Counted from the stretch's first letter, positions 30,641-42,250 are shown. The stretch: 64,000 nucleotides of DNA from an uncultured delta proteobacterium (GCA_963840855.1 CAWJBB010000030.1:160001-224000); one strand, 5' to 3'. Numbers and translations: made by a program. The notes: generated from the sequence alone by a model not told the origin.

Positions 30641-31876
30641 ATGAAAATCAAAATGGTTCGATTAGTTGGCGCTTCGCTGCTCGCGGCCGCCGTGGTGACA
30701 GGCTGCGGCTCGACGAATTCGCCGAGCGGGATGCAGGGCCATTCGATGCATGGCTCGATGATGGGCGCAAAGGAGGCGGCGACGGCAGCAGCGGATCTCA
30801 GGGTGAATCTCAATGCGTTGCTCGGTGAGCATATGCTGATTGCGTCCGTGGCCACGAGCCACGCGCTCGGTGGACGAGAGATCCCATTCAAGGGCGCGGT
30901 GGCGGGACTCGATGCCAACTCGGCAGATATCGCCAAGGCCATCGGCTCGGTCTATGGACCCGACGCCGAAAAGGCGTTCCTACCGTTGTGGCAGAAGCAT
31001 ATCGGCTTCGTGGTCGATTACACGGCGGGCGTCGCGGCCAAGGACAAAGCCAAGCAAGACAAAGCCGTCAAGGACCTAATCGGCTACGCCGATGACTTCG
31101 GCGCTTTCTTAAACTCCGCCAATCCCAACTTGCCCAAGAGCGCGGTGGCGGAGCTGGTCAAAGGTCACATTCTAACCTTGAAAGATGTGATCGATGCCCA
31201 GGCCGCCGGCGATTGGCCGAAAGCGTACTCGGCGATTCGCTCCGCTTATGGCCACATGCATATGATCGGCGACCCTTTGGCCGCGGCGATCGCCAAGCAG
31301 TTTCCACAAAAATTTCCGGGCAGCGCGGATTCGCCGGTGGCGAACCTGCGTAACACCCTCAACTTGGCGCTGCGCGAGCATGCGATCCTGGCCGCGATGG
31401 CGACGGGATCCGCTTTGGGCGGGCGCACCGCGGAGTTCAACGCCGCGGCCAACGCTGTGGACGGCAATTCTATAGATATATCGAAGGCGATTGGCTCGGT
31501 TTATGGTCCGGACGCGGAGAGGGCTTTTTTACCCCTTTGGCGCAAGCACATCGGCTTCGTCGTCGACTACACCACCGGACTTGCGGCGAAGGATAAGGCC
31601 AAACAGGACAAGGCGGTCAAGGACTTGATCGGCTACGCCGACGACTTCGGCGCTTTCTTGAGTTCCGCGAACCCCAACCTGCCGAAGAGCACCGTGGCTG
31701 AGCTGGTCAAGGGGCATATTCTGACTTTGAAAGATGTCGTCGATGCACAGGCTGCGAAGGACTGGCCGAAGGTTTATAGCGATCTTCGTCTCGCCGCCGG
31801 CCATATGGCGATGATCGCCGATCCACTGGGAATGGCGATAGCGAAGCAGTTTCCGGAACGTTTTGCGCAGCGCTGA
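30641..31876 (+). CDS. Lipoprotein with two tandem His-containing helical-bundle domains (often labelled copper amine oxidase-associated)
   Basis: Lipobox VTGC; duplicated LxEH...LWxKHIGFVVDY...KGHILTLKDV.DAQAA...GHMxMI.DPL..AIAKQFP. Confidence 0.75.
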   Translation: MKIKMVRLVGASLLAAAVVTGCGSTNSPSGMQGHSMHGSMMGAKEAATAAADLRVNLNALLGEHMLIASVATSHALGGREIPFKGAVAGLDANSADIAKAIGSVYGPDAEKAFLPLWQKHIGFVVDYTAGVAAKDKAKQDKAVKDLIGYADDFGAFLNSANPNLPKSAVAELVKGHILTLKDVIDAQAAGDWPKAYSAIRSAYGHMHMIGDPLAAAIAKQFPQKFPGSADSPVANLRNTLNLALREHAILAAMATGSALGGRTAEFNAAANAVDGNSIDISKAIGSVYGPDAERAFLPLWRKHIGFVVDYTTGLAAKDKAKQDKAVKDLIGYADDFGAFLSSANPNLPKSTVAELVKGHILTLKDVVDAQAAKDWPKVYSDLRLAAGHMAMIADPLGMAIAKQFPERFAQR

Positions 31877-31948
31877 AAAAAAAGTTTTTAGATCAAACAG
31901 GGTGGGTTTACTAAGCAACGATCCAAAACCACATAAGGAGAAAGATTT

Positions 31949-33539
31949 ATGAAATCGATAAAGCAACATGCCATCACCCGACTTACGGCGATGGCTCTGA
32001 GCGGCCTGATGACCTTCGCGACAACTTCCCCGATGGCCTGGGCCGCCAGCCATCGAGAGGCGCCGCTGATCGCGCTGGACCCGGCGGCGGATAACACCGA
32101 CACTTATATGTTCCGGAGCTGGCAAGATCCGAGCAAAATCGTGTTCATCATGAACGTGATCCCCGGTCAGGACCCTGCCGATGGTCCGAACTATTTTAAT
32201 TTCGATGATGACGTGGTCTATCGGTTCAATATCGATAACAACCGGGACGGTAGCGCTGAAGACATTATTTACGAGTTCCGCTTCAGAACGGAAAACCGGC
32301 CGATATTCGGGCAGCTCGAATTTCCGCTGGCCTATGTTGGTAATCCCAATATTCCGGTCCCGGAGTTGCAGGGGATCACCAAACTCGACGGGGCGGGTTC
32401 CGAAGGCCTTACTCGCCGGCAGACATACACTGTGACCGAATTACGCGGCGAGTATCGCAGGGAGCTTTTTAAGGGACAGCGGCTGGTCGCGGTTCCGTCC
32501 AACGTTGGTCCGGCAACGTTCAAAAATTACGAAGACCTTGCGTCGCAGGGGATATACGTCGATGGCGAGTCGCAGATCAAAGTATTCGCAGGCCAACGCG
32601 CGGAAACATTTTATATCGATCTCGGCGCGGTCTTCGACACGGTTAATCTGCGCCGATTTCCACCGCTTCTAACGCCAGCTGAGGACGCCGACGATACCAA
32701 GGATCCGTTCGGCATCAACCGGTTTAGCGGCACCAATGTGAACAGCATCGCGATCGAAATACCGATCGCGCGGATTACGCAGGACCGCAAGCCCCTAGAG
32801 ATGACGAAGAATCCGTGGATCGGCATGTATGCCTCCACGAGCCGGCAAAAGATCAGAGTACTAGGGAAAAATGGCAGGGTGAGGACAGACGGACCAGCGG
32901 TACAGGTTTCTCGCTTGGCGAATCCGTTGGTGAACGAGCTGATTATCAATACCTCGTCTAAAGATTTCTGGAATGCCGAGGAGCCGGAGGACGAAGCTCA
33001 GTTCCAGGAATTCTACAAAAATCCTTCGGTAGCGCAGGCGCTGGAACTAATCTTCGGCGTGCCCGTGCCGGCAACGCCGCGGACGGATTTGATGAGCGTT
33101 TTTCTCAAGTATCCAGGACAGCCTCTTAACGGCAATAATTGCGGCAAACCCTGCGCCGAGCTCTTGCGGCTCAATCTTGGCGCGGCGCCGACCCAGCCTG
33201 AGAATCAGAAACGGCTAGGCGGGCTTGCCGGCGATGCCGGCCGGGTTCCCCAATGGCCGACGACCCAATGACGATGTTACTGATATCGCGATTCGCGTAG
33301 TCGGCGGCGCCAACTATATCGCCGGCTTGGCCGGAGACGGCGTGAACTTCCTGGGCGGCGCGCCGGGCGCGGGCGTCAATGACGGGCCGGGCTACGGAAC
33401 GATTCCGGGAAATCGGCTCGACGTGACCCTGAACGGGATCGCCAAGGAGTTTCCTTATCTGCCGACGCCCTTTGACGGACGCAGCCGGCGCCACATCGAC
33501 TGCGTACAGAACACCGGGGCGCCTTGCATCGAGCAGTAG
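31949..33539 (+). CDS. DUF4331 family secreted protein (frameshift ~33237)
   Basis: ASHREAP.I..DP.ADNTD.Y.F, VFAGQRAETFYIDLG, QVSRLANPLVNE, GFPNGRRPNDDVTDI, FPYLPTP. Confidence 0.88.
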
Positions 33540-33550
33540 ATCGAGGAAAG

Positions 33551-33578
33551 GCCGGAGGGAGATCGCCCTCCCTCCGGC
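33551..33578 (+). terminator. Intergenic GC-rich hairpin
   Basis: GCCGGAGGGAG-ATCGCC-CTCCCTCCGGC; weak U tract, so it may be an attenuating or stabilising stem. Confidence 0.4.
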
Positions 33579-33602
33579 GCGTCTTTGTCAAGGAGAAGGA
33601 TA

Positions 33603-34939
33603 ATGAAAACCCGCCGTACCCTAACTGTGATGCTGTTTGCTCTGCTGGCTTTTGGCTTTGACCTCGCCCATGCCCAACGGACGAAAACCGATCATCAGAT
33701 CGCCTACTACCAGACATTGCTTCAACGCAATCCACGAAGCGCCAAAGCGTACTTTGGATTAAGCGACGCGCTGATTCGGAAGGCGCGTGAAACCGGTGAT
33801 CCGTCCTATTTCAACCGCGCCGAGGAAGCATTGAAAAAGTCTCTGGAGATCGCGCCGCAAAATGCGGGGGCGCTGCGCCATCTGGCTTATGTTTTTTATT
33901 CGCGCCATGAGTTTGCACCCGCGGCGGTGCATGCACGCAAAGCCGTCGAGATAAATCCGGAGGACGGCGACTCCTACGGCGTCCTTGGCGACGCGCTGCT
34001 TGAAGTGGGCCAATACGCCGAAGCGCAGGCTGCATACAACACTATGATCGAGCTGGATGAGAGTCTGTATTCCTACAGCCGGTTGGCTGGACTCAAAAGC
34101 ATGCGCGGCGAAAACGCGGGCGCGATTGACGATCTGGAGCGAGCTATCGCAATTGGAAAAGCCGCGAAGCAACCGGCGGAAAGCATCGCTTGGGCGGAAT
34201 GGCAGCTTGGTACGGACTACTTTGCTCTCGGAAAGATTGAAGAAGCCGAGGGTTATATCAGCAGTCGCTCACGACTTATCCGAATTATTACCGTGCCTTT
34301 GCCGGCATGGCCCAGTTGCGGGCGGCGCAGAAAAAGTATGGAGAGGCGGTCGAACTTTACCAGAAAGCGATCGCAATTCTGCCAATGCCGGAATATGCCG
34401 CGGCATTAGGCGATGTCTATATGAAAATCGGCGAACCAAAGAAAGCGAAGCAGCAGTACGATCTCGTCGAGTATATTGGCAGGCTTAACGCGCTCAATCA
34501 GGCTCTGTACAACCGCGAACTGGCTTACTTCTATGCCGATCATGACATCAAGCTGACGGAGGCTTTGGATCTGGCCAAGCGCGAGCTGGATTACCGCAAA
34601 GACATCTATGCCTACGACCTCCTCGCTTGGAATCTCTACAAAAACGGCAAGCTCGCCGAGGCGCGCGATGCTATCGAGGAAGCGCTCAAGCTCGGCACCA
34701 AAGACGCGAAGCTGTTCTATCATGCGGGCATGATCCATTACCGCCTCGGCGACCAGGACAAGGCGAAGGAGTTTCTCAACCGCGCGCTGTCGACCAATCC
34801 TCATTTCCATATTCTCTTCGCTGATACCGCCGCGCAAACATTGACACAGCTCGAACGCGATGTTGAGCAGGCGAAGCCGCGCATGATCGTGAGGAGGGTT
34901 AAACGATGCAAGGCTGTTCTCTTCATCCGGCGCGCTTGA
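33603..34939 (+). CDS. Tetratricopeptide repeat protein (frameshift ~34255)
   Basis: Signal peptide; ARETGDPSY..RAE; multiple TPR helices; usual neighbour of DUF4331. Confidence 0.85.
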
Positions 34940-34988
34940 CACTTGTCGAAAATCTCCCCTGACCCCTCCCTTCGACCTCGCTCAGGGC

Positions 34989-36761
34989 ATGCTTTTTCAA
35001 AGAGGGGGATTTTTTTCGCCAGCGAGAAGCAACTCGACGACACTCAGAGTAATCGTCGCGGCTCTTTCGTTTCTCTGCCCGCTGCTTTTTGCCGGACTTT
35101 GCGCGGCCCATCCGTTGGGTAATTTCAGCATCAGCCAGTATTCCGCGCTGCGCGTTGGACAAGATTCGATTACGTTGCGTTACATCGTCGACATGGCGGA
35201 GATCCCGACGTTCCAGGAAATTCAGGAGACCGGGATAATTCCAAATGGAGACGACCCCAACACCCAAGCCTATCTTGCGAAGAAAATCCTCGCGCTGCGC
35301 GATGGGTTGTCACTCGAAATAGGCGGCCGGCGTCTACCGCTCCACGCGGACTCGAAAGAAATTATTTTTCCCGCCGGTGCCGGCGGAATGCCGACATTGA
35401 AGATTGGCGTATCTTACACGGCCCGACTTCCAGCCAGTGCCAACGGTTTGAAATTTTCGTTCAATTATCGCGACGGGAATTTTGTCGGGAGGGCAGGCTG
35501 GAAAGAAATTATCGTAGCGCCCGCGGCGGGCGTCCAGATCGAAAACAGTTCGGTTCCTGCATCGGACCGTAGCGCTGGGTTAAGCAATTATCCCACCGAC
35601 CTTTTGAACACTCCGCCGCAGGATCTAGAGGCTCGAGTTGTCTTTTCAGTTCCAGTTATCACGGCAACGTTGGTGGGCGAGGAAAAATCATCATCTTTGG
35701 CCGACGAGGTCAATACCCCGGTTTCGTCTGTCCCATCGCGGGCACGACGTACGACCAGCGATCAGCCATTGGACCAACGCGTGTATGTCAAGAATGTAGG
35801 GGAGGGTCGCGACCGCCCCCTACCAAAAGAGGCGACGTCACCTGAAAGGTCGCCCGCGCTAAATCTTGAATCATCTATCGATAACAAGGTTGTCCAATTG
35901 CAAGTTAATAAACAATCAACGCCGCGCGATTCATTCACCGAATTGATCGCCAGGAAACAGTTAGGATGGAGCGTCGTTCTTATCGCGCTTGCGGTTGCCG
36001 TGGGCCTCGGCGCGTTCCATGCGTTGGAGCCCGGTCACGGCAAGACTCTGGTCGCCGCTTATCTCGTTGGCTCGCGGGGCACCATGAAGCATGCGCTGCT
36101 GCTCGGACTGATCGTCACCGCGGCGCATACATCCGGGGTGTATCTTTTGGGGGGGATCACGCTTTACGCATCGCAGTACATCGTACCGGAGCGGCTTTAT
36201 CCCTGGCTGGGCGTAGTGTCCGGCGTCATGATTACGATTCTCGGAACGGTTCTCCTTTTTCAGCGTTCCCGAAGCAAAGGCGTAGGCCACTCACACCACC
36301 ACGGTCACGAGCAACACGGCCATCCTCATGATCACGAGCACGGGCATCCGCACCATCACAGTCACGCGCATGGACACGATCATGGCCACCGCCACGCGCA
36401 TGATGGTCACCACCATCATGATGGAACGGCGTCGCTGCGCGAGCTTTTGACACTAGGCATCAGCGGCGGCATCGTGCCTTGTCCCGCTGCGCTGGTTGTT
36501 CTCTTGAGCGCCGTGTCGATGAACCGTGTCGGCTTCGGGCTTTTCTTGATCGTTGCCTTCAGCGCCGGCCTAGCCGCAGTTTTGGTCGGAATCGGCGTGT
36601 TGATGGTTTACGCGCGACAGTCTATGTCGCGGTTCCAGAGCGAAGGAAAATGGATAACTCACTGGCTGCCCATAACCTCATCGGCCTTCATCGTCATGTT
36701 CGGCCTCGCTCTTACCTGGCAGGCACTCCAAACGACGGGTATGAGCCCGTGGCGGCTTTAG
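34989..36761 (+). CDS. Nickel/cobalt transporter (NiCoT/RcnA-like) with N-terminal periplasmic domain; start uncertain
   Basis: AHPLGNFSI; HALEPGHGK; His-rich loop; GIVPCP. Confidence 0.85.
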   Translation: MLFQRGGFFSPARSNSTTLRVIVAALSFLCPLLFAGLCAAHPLGNFSISQYSALRVGQDSITLRYIVDMAEIPTFQEIQETGIIPNGDDPNTQAYLAKKILALRDGLSLEIGGRRLPLHADSKEIIFPAGAGGMPTLKIGVSYTARLPASANGLKFSFNYRDGNFVGRAGWKEIIVAPAAGVQIENSSVPASDRSAGLSNYPTDLLNTPPQDLEARVVFSVPVITATLVGEEKSSSLADEVNTPVSSVPSRARRTTSDQPLDQRVYVKNVGEGRDRPLPKEATSPERSPALNLESSIDNKVVQLQVNKQSTPRDSFTELIARKQLGWSVVLIALAVAVGLGAFHALEPGHGKTLVAAYLVGSRGTMKHALLLGLIVTAAHTSGVYLLGGITLYASQYIVPERLYPWLGVVSGVMITILGTVLLFQRSRSKGVGHSHHHGHEQHGHPHDHEHGHPHHHSHAHGHDHGHRHAHDGHHHHDGTASLRELLTLGISGGIVPCPAALVVLLSAVSMNRVGFGLFLIVAFSAGLAAVLVGIGVLMVYARQSMSRFQSEGKWITHWLPITSSAFIVMFGLALTWQALQTTGMSPWRL

Positions 36762-36895
36762 CGTTGATATTGCTCTACTTCGCAGAAGATGATCGGAACA
36801 GCGAAAAAATCGATCTGATCCGCGAAAGCTACAAGCAGGCCTTCCATCAGGAGTCGGTGCTGCGCGTCGATAGCCGAAGTTGCGTCTCGTTTTGA
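36762..36895 (+). pseudogene. C-terminal fragment of a DUF3574-family gene
   Basis: LILLY...KIDLIRESYKQAFHQESVLRVD...CVSF; no N-terminal half. Confidence 0.6.
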
Positions 36896-37029
36896 ACCGC
36901 CGGGTCAAAATACCAGCAAGACAAACATTCCAAAAGTTGCTAATAGACCGTAAAGACTGGATAAAAAGTATGAAAAGTTGCCGCGTCTGAGTGCGCGGGT
37001 TTGCGAGACGTTGCGATGTCTAGGCAAGC

Positions 37030-38281
37030 ATGAAGGATTTGGCGGCCCATCCGTTTATTGAAGCTCTATTGAAACGGCGCTCCCGCCGCTTTGGCTTGGG
37101 CATGAAGATGGAGTCCGGGCCCCTGGCTTTCCAGAGCCGGCATGCGCCAATTCCGTTGACCGAAGAGGAAGAAGCACTGCTGGTGTTCGCCGCCAGTGGT
37201 GTCACGGGGTATGCTCTGCTCGATCTGCCTTTCGTTGAAAGCGAAGGCGGCGCCATTGTCGCCCGTTCCGTGGGCAGAACCATAGCGAGTGGCGACGCGA
37301 TCCAAGCCGTTTCTCTGGTGGTGACGAACGACGAAGCCACCTACTTGATCAAGCGCCCGCAGGACTTTGACCCCGGCGAGATTCCTGAATTGATCGAGCT
37401 CGCCCTGGCGCATGTTCAACGAGAACGTGTCGATCAACCATGCGGACGTTTCTCCCCATCATGAATCGCAGGTAAATCAACGGTGACAAGTATTTAATGG
37501 GCTCGGCCGTTGTGTGTTGACTGAATGCGCATGCCCGGTTTCCAGCCGGCATATTCGGCCGCTTCGCACGCAAGCAGATTGGGCGGTGCAGCGCACGGGT
37601 CATTGGACGAGCTCCTGCCGGCGGGCGGGTTCTCACGGTGCAACGGCTCGAACTCATGGTGTCGGAGCTGGTCACTGTGGAGCAAGGAATGATGCTGCAG
37701 AACTTGGCGCTGATGTGCCAAACGCTGGGGCTCGGCGGTTTTCCCAATTTCGCCGAACATGAGTTCAGTTGGTTTCAGGCTCTCGGATTTCGCATGGAAG
37801 AAATGCCGGCCGGTAAATATCTCGGCGCGAATCTATTGGCGAGATTCCTGATGAATGTCTTCGGCGCCAACCATGCTATCCCATACTCGCTGGGTCTGGA
37901 ACGCGACGGAAAAATCTTGCTGGCACCCTATAGTCCGCCGTACTACGCCACAATGGAAAATGCCGTGCACGCGGTTGTGGAAGCTAAATTTGGCCCACAG
38001 GGCTTGTTTCGCGGCGGCGCGGCACGGAGCGCTTGGCGCGAACCGGCGGCGATTGCCAATGGAGTCAAGCAGATCAGCCACGAAGCCGTTGCGGCGACGC
38101 ATATTGCGAATACATTTACCAGCGTTATGGACGCTTTCCTGCCTACATTCCGCCCTTCCGTACGGTGCTGGGTTTTCAAGCTTGCCATCTCGACCCGGAG
38201 TTTTACGACCGCTACTACAGGCCCCAAGCGCTATCAGAAACCGAGCGCGATCATATGGCGAATTGGCACGGCGAAAAGTAG
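37030..38281 (+). pseudogene. Nitroreductase-like protein, disrupted (degenerate 37410-37620, frameshift ~38100)
   Basis: ALLKRRSRRFGLG; EQGMMLQNLALMCQTLGLGGF; YIYQRYGRFPA...QACHLDPEFYDRYY. Confidence 0.6.
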
Positions 38282-38347
38282 GCATGAGGCGTGAGGCACG
38301 AGGCGTAAGGCGATAGTCGTGAGTACGAGTCCCGCGCAATTGCGGAT

Positions 38348-39724
38348 TCAGGCGCGGAATAGCGGGCGCAAGGCGCGCAGATCGCGAACTTTCTCCAGCT
38401 TCCAGACCGCGTCGCACAGCTTTCGCGCCCGAGTCTTGCCGATCACCGTAGTCATCAGATCGTAGCTCTTTTCATCCACTTCGGCTCGCGTCATCGGTTT
38501 CTCGGCGGTGCCGGAGACGGCCCTGGCATGGTGCCTGAGCTCGCGGCCGTCGCGCAGGCTGACCTCGACAATTCCCTGGCGGCTCGGCATGGCCGCCGAC
38601 AGCGCGTCGTCGCCGCGTAGCTCGATACGGCCGCGCAGCGCCAAGACTTTGCGGTCGCGCATGCGGCTTTCGTCGTGGGACGATTCGAAGGTGACCTTGC
38701 CGTCGATCAACATGACGGCGCAAATGTGCTGCATGCAGATGTCGGGCATATCGCGGTTGTCGACGGTGTTCGCGGCCTGGTGCGCCACCCGCACCACGAC
38801 TTTGTCAACGTCTACCGCTTTGATTTGGTGCGCCAGGATGAGATCGCGCAGCGCATCGAGGGGCGCTTGAATCGGTGAGCCCACCGACCAGCGCTTGATG
38901 TTGGTATTCATGATTTCGTAGACGTCGCCGAGGCCGCGGGTCAGCATGGTGGGATCCGGCTGGCGGCCGTAGGCCACAAAGAAGTTACGCTCGCCGGCGA
39001 ACACATCATCGACACCGGTGAAGCCATGGCCGACCATGGTGGCCGCAGTAACACCGTTGCGAGCCGGCATGCCGCCGAAGTCGAAGGCCTTTTCAATATG
39101 CTCCCCATCGCGCATCCAGCACGAGATACCCGATGCTTGCTGCGCGGTGAACGAAAGCATATGGCGGACCTGGCGCTCGCGCAGGCCGGCCAGCGCCCCG
39201 GCGGCCGCGGCGGCTCCGAACATCGGCCCGAAGCTGTGCGTCGAATGGCCGTCCGCTCGGAACTGGTAAGCGTCGAGGGCTTGTGTCAACCGGCAGCCGA
39301 CGTCGTAACCAAGGGCCACCGCGCGAAGCAGGGCAATGCCGCTCTGCCGTTGCCGCTCGGCCATGGCGAGGGCCGCGGGCACGATGCCACAGCCCGGATG
39401 AGTCAGCGACGGCGCATGTGAATCGTCGGTCTCGTCGGCATGAGCGAGCATGCCGTTGGCCAAGGCGGCGTTCACGGCGGTGGTAATGACATTGCTGCCG
39501 ATGACGCAGGCTTCTTTGACGCCGCCGAGCGTTTTGACATAGGTGAGCGCTTTGATTCCGGGCGCGAGGCGCGACCCGGAAATCATTGCGGCGAAGGTGT
39601 CGAGGATGTGGTGCTTGGTCTTTTCGATCACCGCGGTAGGAAGCGGCCTGCGCAGTGCCGAAGCGATGTAAGCGCTTAGCTTGCGCATGACCGGCGAGAT
39701 TTGCGTTGCGGGGCGGCGGCTCAT
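38348..39724 (-). CDS. MmgE/PrpD family protein
   Basis: TKHHILDT, AALANGMLAHADETDDSH, HPG. Confidence 0.92.
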   Translation of the reverse strand: MSRRPATQISPVMRKLSAYIASALRRPLPTAVIEKTKHHILDTFAAMISGSRLAPGIKALTYVKTLGGVKEACVIGSNVITTAVNAALANGMLAHADETDDSHAPSLTHPGCGIVPAALAMAERQRQSGIALLRAVALGYDVGCRLTQALDAYQFRADGHSTHSFGPMFGAAAAAGALAGLRERQVRHMLSFTAQQASGISCWMRDGEHIEKAFDFGGMPARNGVTAATMVGHGFTGVDDVFAGERNFFVAYGRQPDPTMLTRGLGDVYEIMNTNIKRWSVGSPIQAPLDALRDLILAHQIKAVDVDKVVVRVAHQAANTVDNRDMPDICMQHICAVMLIDGKVTFESSHDESRMRDRKVLALRGRIELRGDDALSAAMPSRQGIVEVSLRDGRELRHHARAVSGTAEKPMTRAEVDEKSYDLMTTVIGKTRARKLCDAVWKLEKVRDLRALRPLFRA

Positions 39725-40171
39725 AGAAAAACCCGCCGTGGAACAAAATTTTCTGTGCGCTCATTGCGGTCAAGAGCGCCGATATCGAGTTCATGTTTTT
39801 TCCAGGGCGGTTCAACTATTCCGATACTTTATAAACTGCGTAAACACAATCCCTAACTTTGAACCTTGAACGTTGAACTCGGAACCGCACACGGAGTGTG
39901 CGTTCAAGTGTATAAAAGATCGTCGTCTCTGATATAATAGGTTCAAATATCAACCTTCCGAAGCGCGAGAGTTGATTCGTCTGGAAAAACAATCGGCACT
40001 TCTACGACTAATTTGCGATCATAGACATAAGCATTCGATGGCAATTGCCCCGCCCTTGTATTCGTGCACCGTCGCATTAGCACAGTCTGACCTGCGAGTT
40101 TTGCATCCGAAGGATTGCCCACGCCTCGAATCGAGACTTCGGAATCTAAAATAGGGAGATACAAAAAATAA

Positions 40172-42250
40172 ATGGCCAAGACTATGTCAAAGTCCAACCT
40201 CGCGACGGTTGAACCCCAATCCGTCGAGCCGAAGGCGGCCATGTCGGCGGCTGAGATGGGAGCGCGCCAGCGCGATATCTCGGTTTCCGAGTTCTTTACC
40301 AAGAACCGCCACCTATTAGGTTTTGACAATCCGAGAAAAGCGCTGCTCACCTGCGTGAAAGAGGCCGTCGATAATGCCCTCGACGCCTGTGAGGAAGCAG
40401 GGATTCTGCCTGAAGTTGTGGTCAAGCTAGAGGTCGCTTCTAACGGCGCTGCCGCGCCTGCTCCGAGCCAGGCGAACCGCTTCCGGATCACGGTGATCGA
40501 CTACGGCCCCGGCATCGTGCGCCAACAGATTCCACCGATATTCGCCAAGCTTCTCTACGGGTCCAAGTTCCACCGGCTGCGCATGAGCCGCGGGCAGCAG
40601 GGAATCGGCATTTCTGCCGCCGGCATGTATGCGCAATTGACGACAGGGAAGCCGGTGCAGATTATCTCGCGCACGAGCGCGAAATCGGCCGCTCACTATT
40701 TCGAAGTCCAGATCGATACTAAAAAAAACGAGCCGCGGATTTTTGAGAACAAGAAGATCGATTGGGAGAGCCATCGCGGTACCCAGGTGACTCTTGAAAT
40801 AGAGGGACGCTATCAAAGGGGCCGCGGTTCCGTGGACGAGTATCTCGAACAGGTTGCCATCGCCAATCCGCATGTCAAGCTCGTCTACCAGACCCCGGAG
40901 GGAGAGACCAAAGAATATCCCCGAACCATACAAGAGCTGCCGCCGCAGCCGCGTGAAATCAAGCCGCATCCCTACGGCATCGAGTTCGGCATGATGCTAA
41001 GGATGCTGCACGACACCAAGAGCCACTCGCTCTCCGGGTTCCTGTCGAGCGATTTCAGCCGGGTGTCTGCCAATCTCGCTCACGAAATCTGCAAGGCGGC
41101 GAAGATTTCGCCGGACTCGCGGCCGCGAAATATTCACGGCGCCGCCGCCGAGACGCTCTACAAGGTGATCCAGTCCACCAAGATCATGGCGCCGCCGAGC
41201 AATTGCATCTCACCCATCGGTGAGAAGGCGATTCTCCATGGCCTGTATAAGCAAATCAAGGGTGATTTCTACACTGCGGTAACTCGGCCACCGGCGGTCT
41301 ATCGCGGCAACCCATTCATCATCGAGGCCGGTTTGGCCTTCGGCAAGGGACCGGAACAGTCGGCAGGTAAAGCGGATAAGCCCAAGGTGCCACTTGCCGA
41401 AGGCGAGAATCATGACGACGACAACGAGTTAGCCAGTGTCATTCGTTATGCCAATCGCGTACCGCTGCTCTATCAGCAATCCGCCTGCGCGACCTTCAAG
41501 GCGGTGCTCGACACCACCTGGCGTAACTACGGTGTTCCCCAATCCAGAGGCGCTCTGCCGGCCGGTCCCATGGTAATTTTCGTCCATATGGCCTCGGTCT
41601 GGGTGCCTTTCACCAGTGAGTCCAAGGAAGCGATCGCCGACTACGACGAGATCAGAAAAGAAATCAAACTCGCCCTGCAAGAGTGCGGGCGGCGGCTCGG
41701 CGTCTTTCTGCGACGACGCGAGCGGGCCAAGAGCGAGTTTCGCAGGCGCAATATTTTCGAACTCTATATCGAAGAAGTCGTCGAAGCGTGCAACCGCCTC
41801 AAAGGTGGAAAGCTGCCCAGGGAAAAACTCAAAGAGCAGCTGCAAAAGATCGCCATGAAACGGACCGGCGGCGAAAAAACCGACGAGCTACTGGGACACG
41901 ACGGCGGTGGCCCGGAAGGCCTTCCCCATTCCATCATCGTCACCGCCGAGGGCACCGAAGGAGACGCCCCGGAACTGCCCGGCGATGAGGGGAACGATGG
42001 CGCGCCTTCGGAGGAACTGCCGCTCGACCTCGACACATCCGCGGCGCCGGCGCGGCCCAAAGGAAAGGCTGTGTCAAACAAGACTACGAAGCCTACCAGG
42101 GCTAAAATGACTGGCAAGAAGAATCCGGCGAAAGTTCAACCGCCGCAGAGCGCTAAGCAAATGACCTTGGGTTTTGATACGGCTGGAACAGACGCAAAAC
42201 GTAGCCAAAGGATTGGGAAAAAACATGGCGCGAAAAAAGTCAAAAAATAA
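40172..42250 (+). CDS. top6B: DNA topoisomerase VI subunit B
   Basis: SVSEFF.KN...LGFDN, KEAVDNALDACEE, DYGPG, YGSKFH, SRGQQGIGIS, RYANRVPLL, VPFTSESKEAIA. Confidence 0.96.
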   Translation: MAKTMSKSNLATVEPQSVEPKAAMSAAEMGARQRDISVSEFFTKNRHLLGFDNPRKALLTCVKEAVDNALDACEEAGILPEVVVKLEVASNGAAAPAPSQANRFRITVIDYGPGIVRQQIPPIFAKLLYGSKFHRLRMSRGQQGIGISAAGMYAQLTTGKPVQIISRTSAKSAAHYFEVQIDTKKNEPRIFENKKIDWESHRGTQVTLEIEGRYQRGRGSVDEYLEQVAIANPHVKLVYQTPEGETKEYPRTIQELPPQPREIKPHPYGIEFGMMLRMLHDTKSHSLSGFLSSDFSRVSANLAHEICKAAKISPDSRPRNIHGAAAETLYKVIQSTKIMAPPSNCISPIGEKAILHGLYKQIKGDFYTAVTRPPAVYRGNPFIIEAGLAFGKGPEQSAGKADKPKVPLAEGENHDDDNELASVIRYANRVPLLYQQSACATFKAVLDTTWRNYGVPQSRGALPAGPMVIFVHMASVWVPFTSESKEAIADYDEIRKEIKLALQECGRRLGVFLRRRERAKSEFRRRNIFELYIEEVVEACNRLKGGKLPREKLKEQLQKIAMKRTGGEKTDELLGHDGGGPEGLPHSIIVTAEGTEGDAPELPGDEGNDGAPSEELPLDLDTSAAPARPKGKAVSNKTTKPTRAKMTGKKNPAKVQPPQSAKQMTLGFDTAGTDAKRSQRIGKKHGAKKVKK

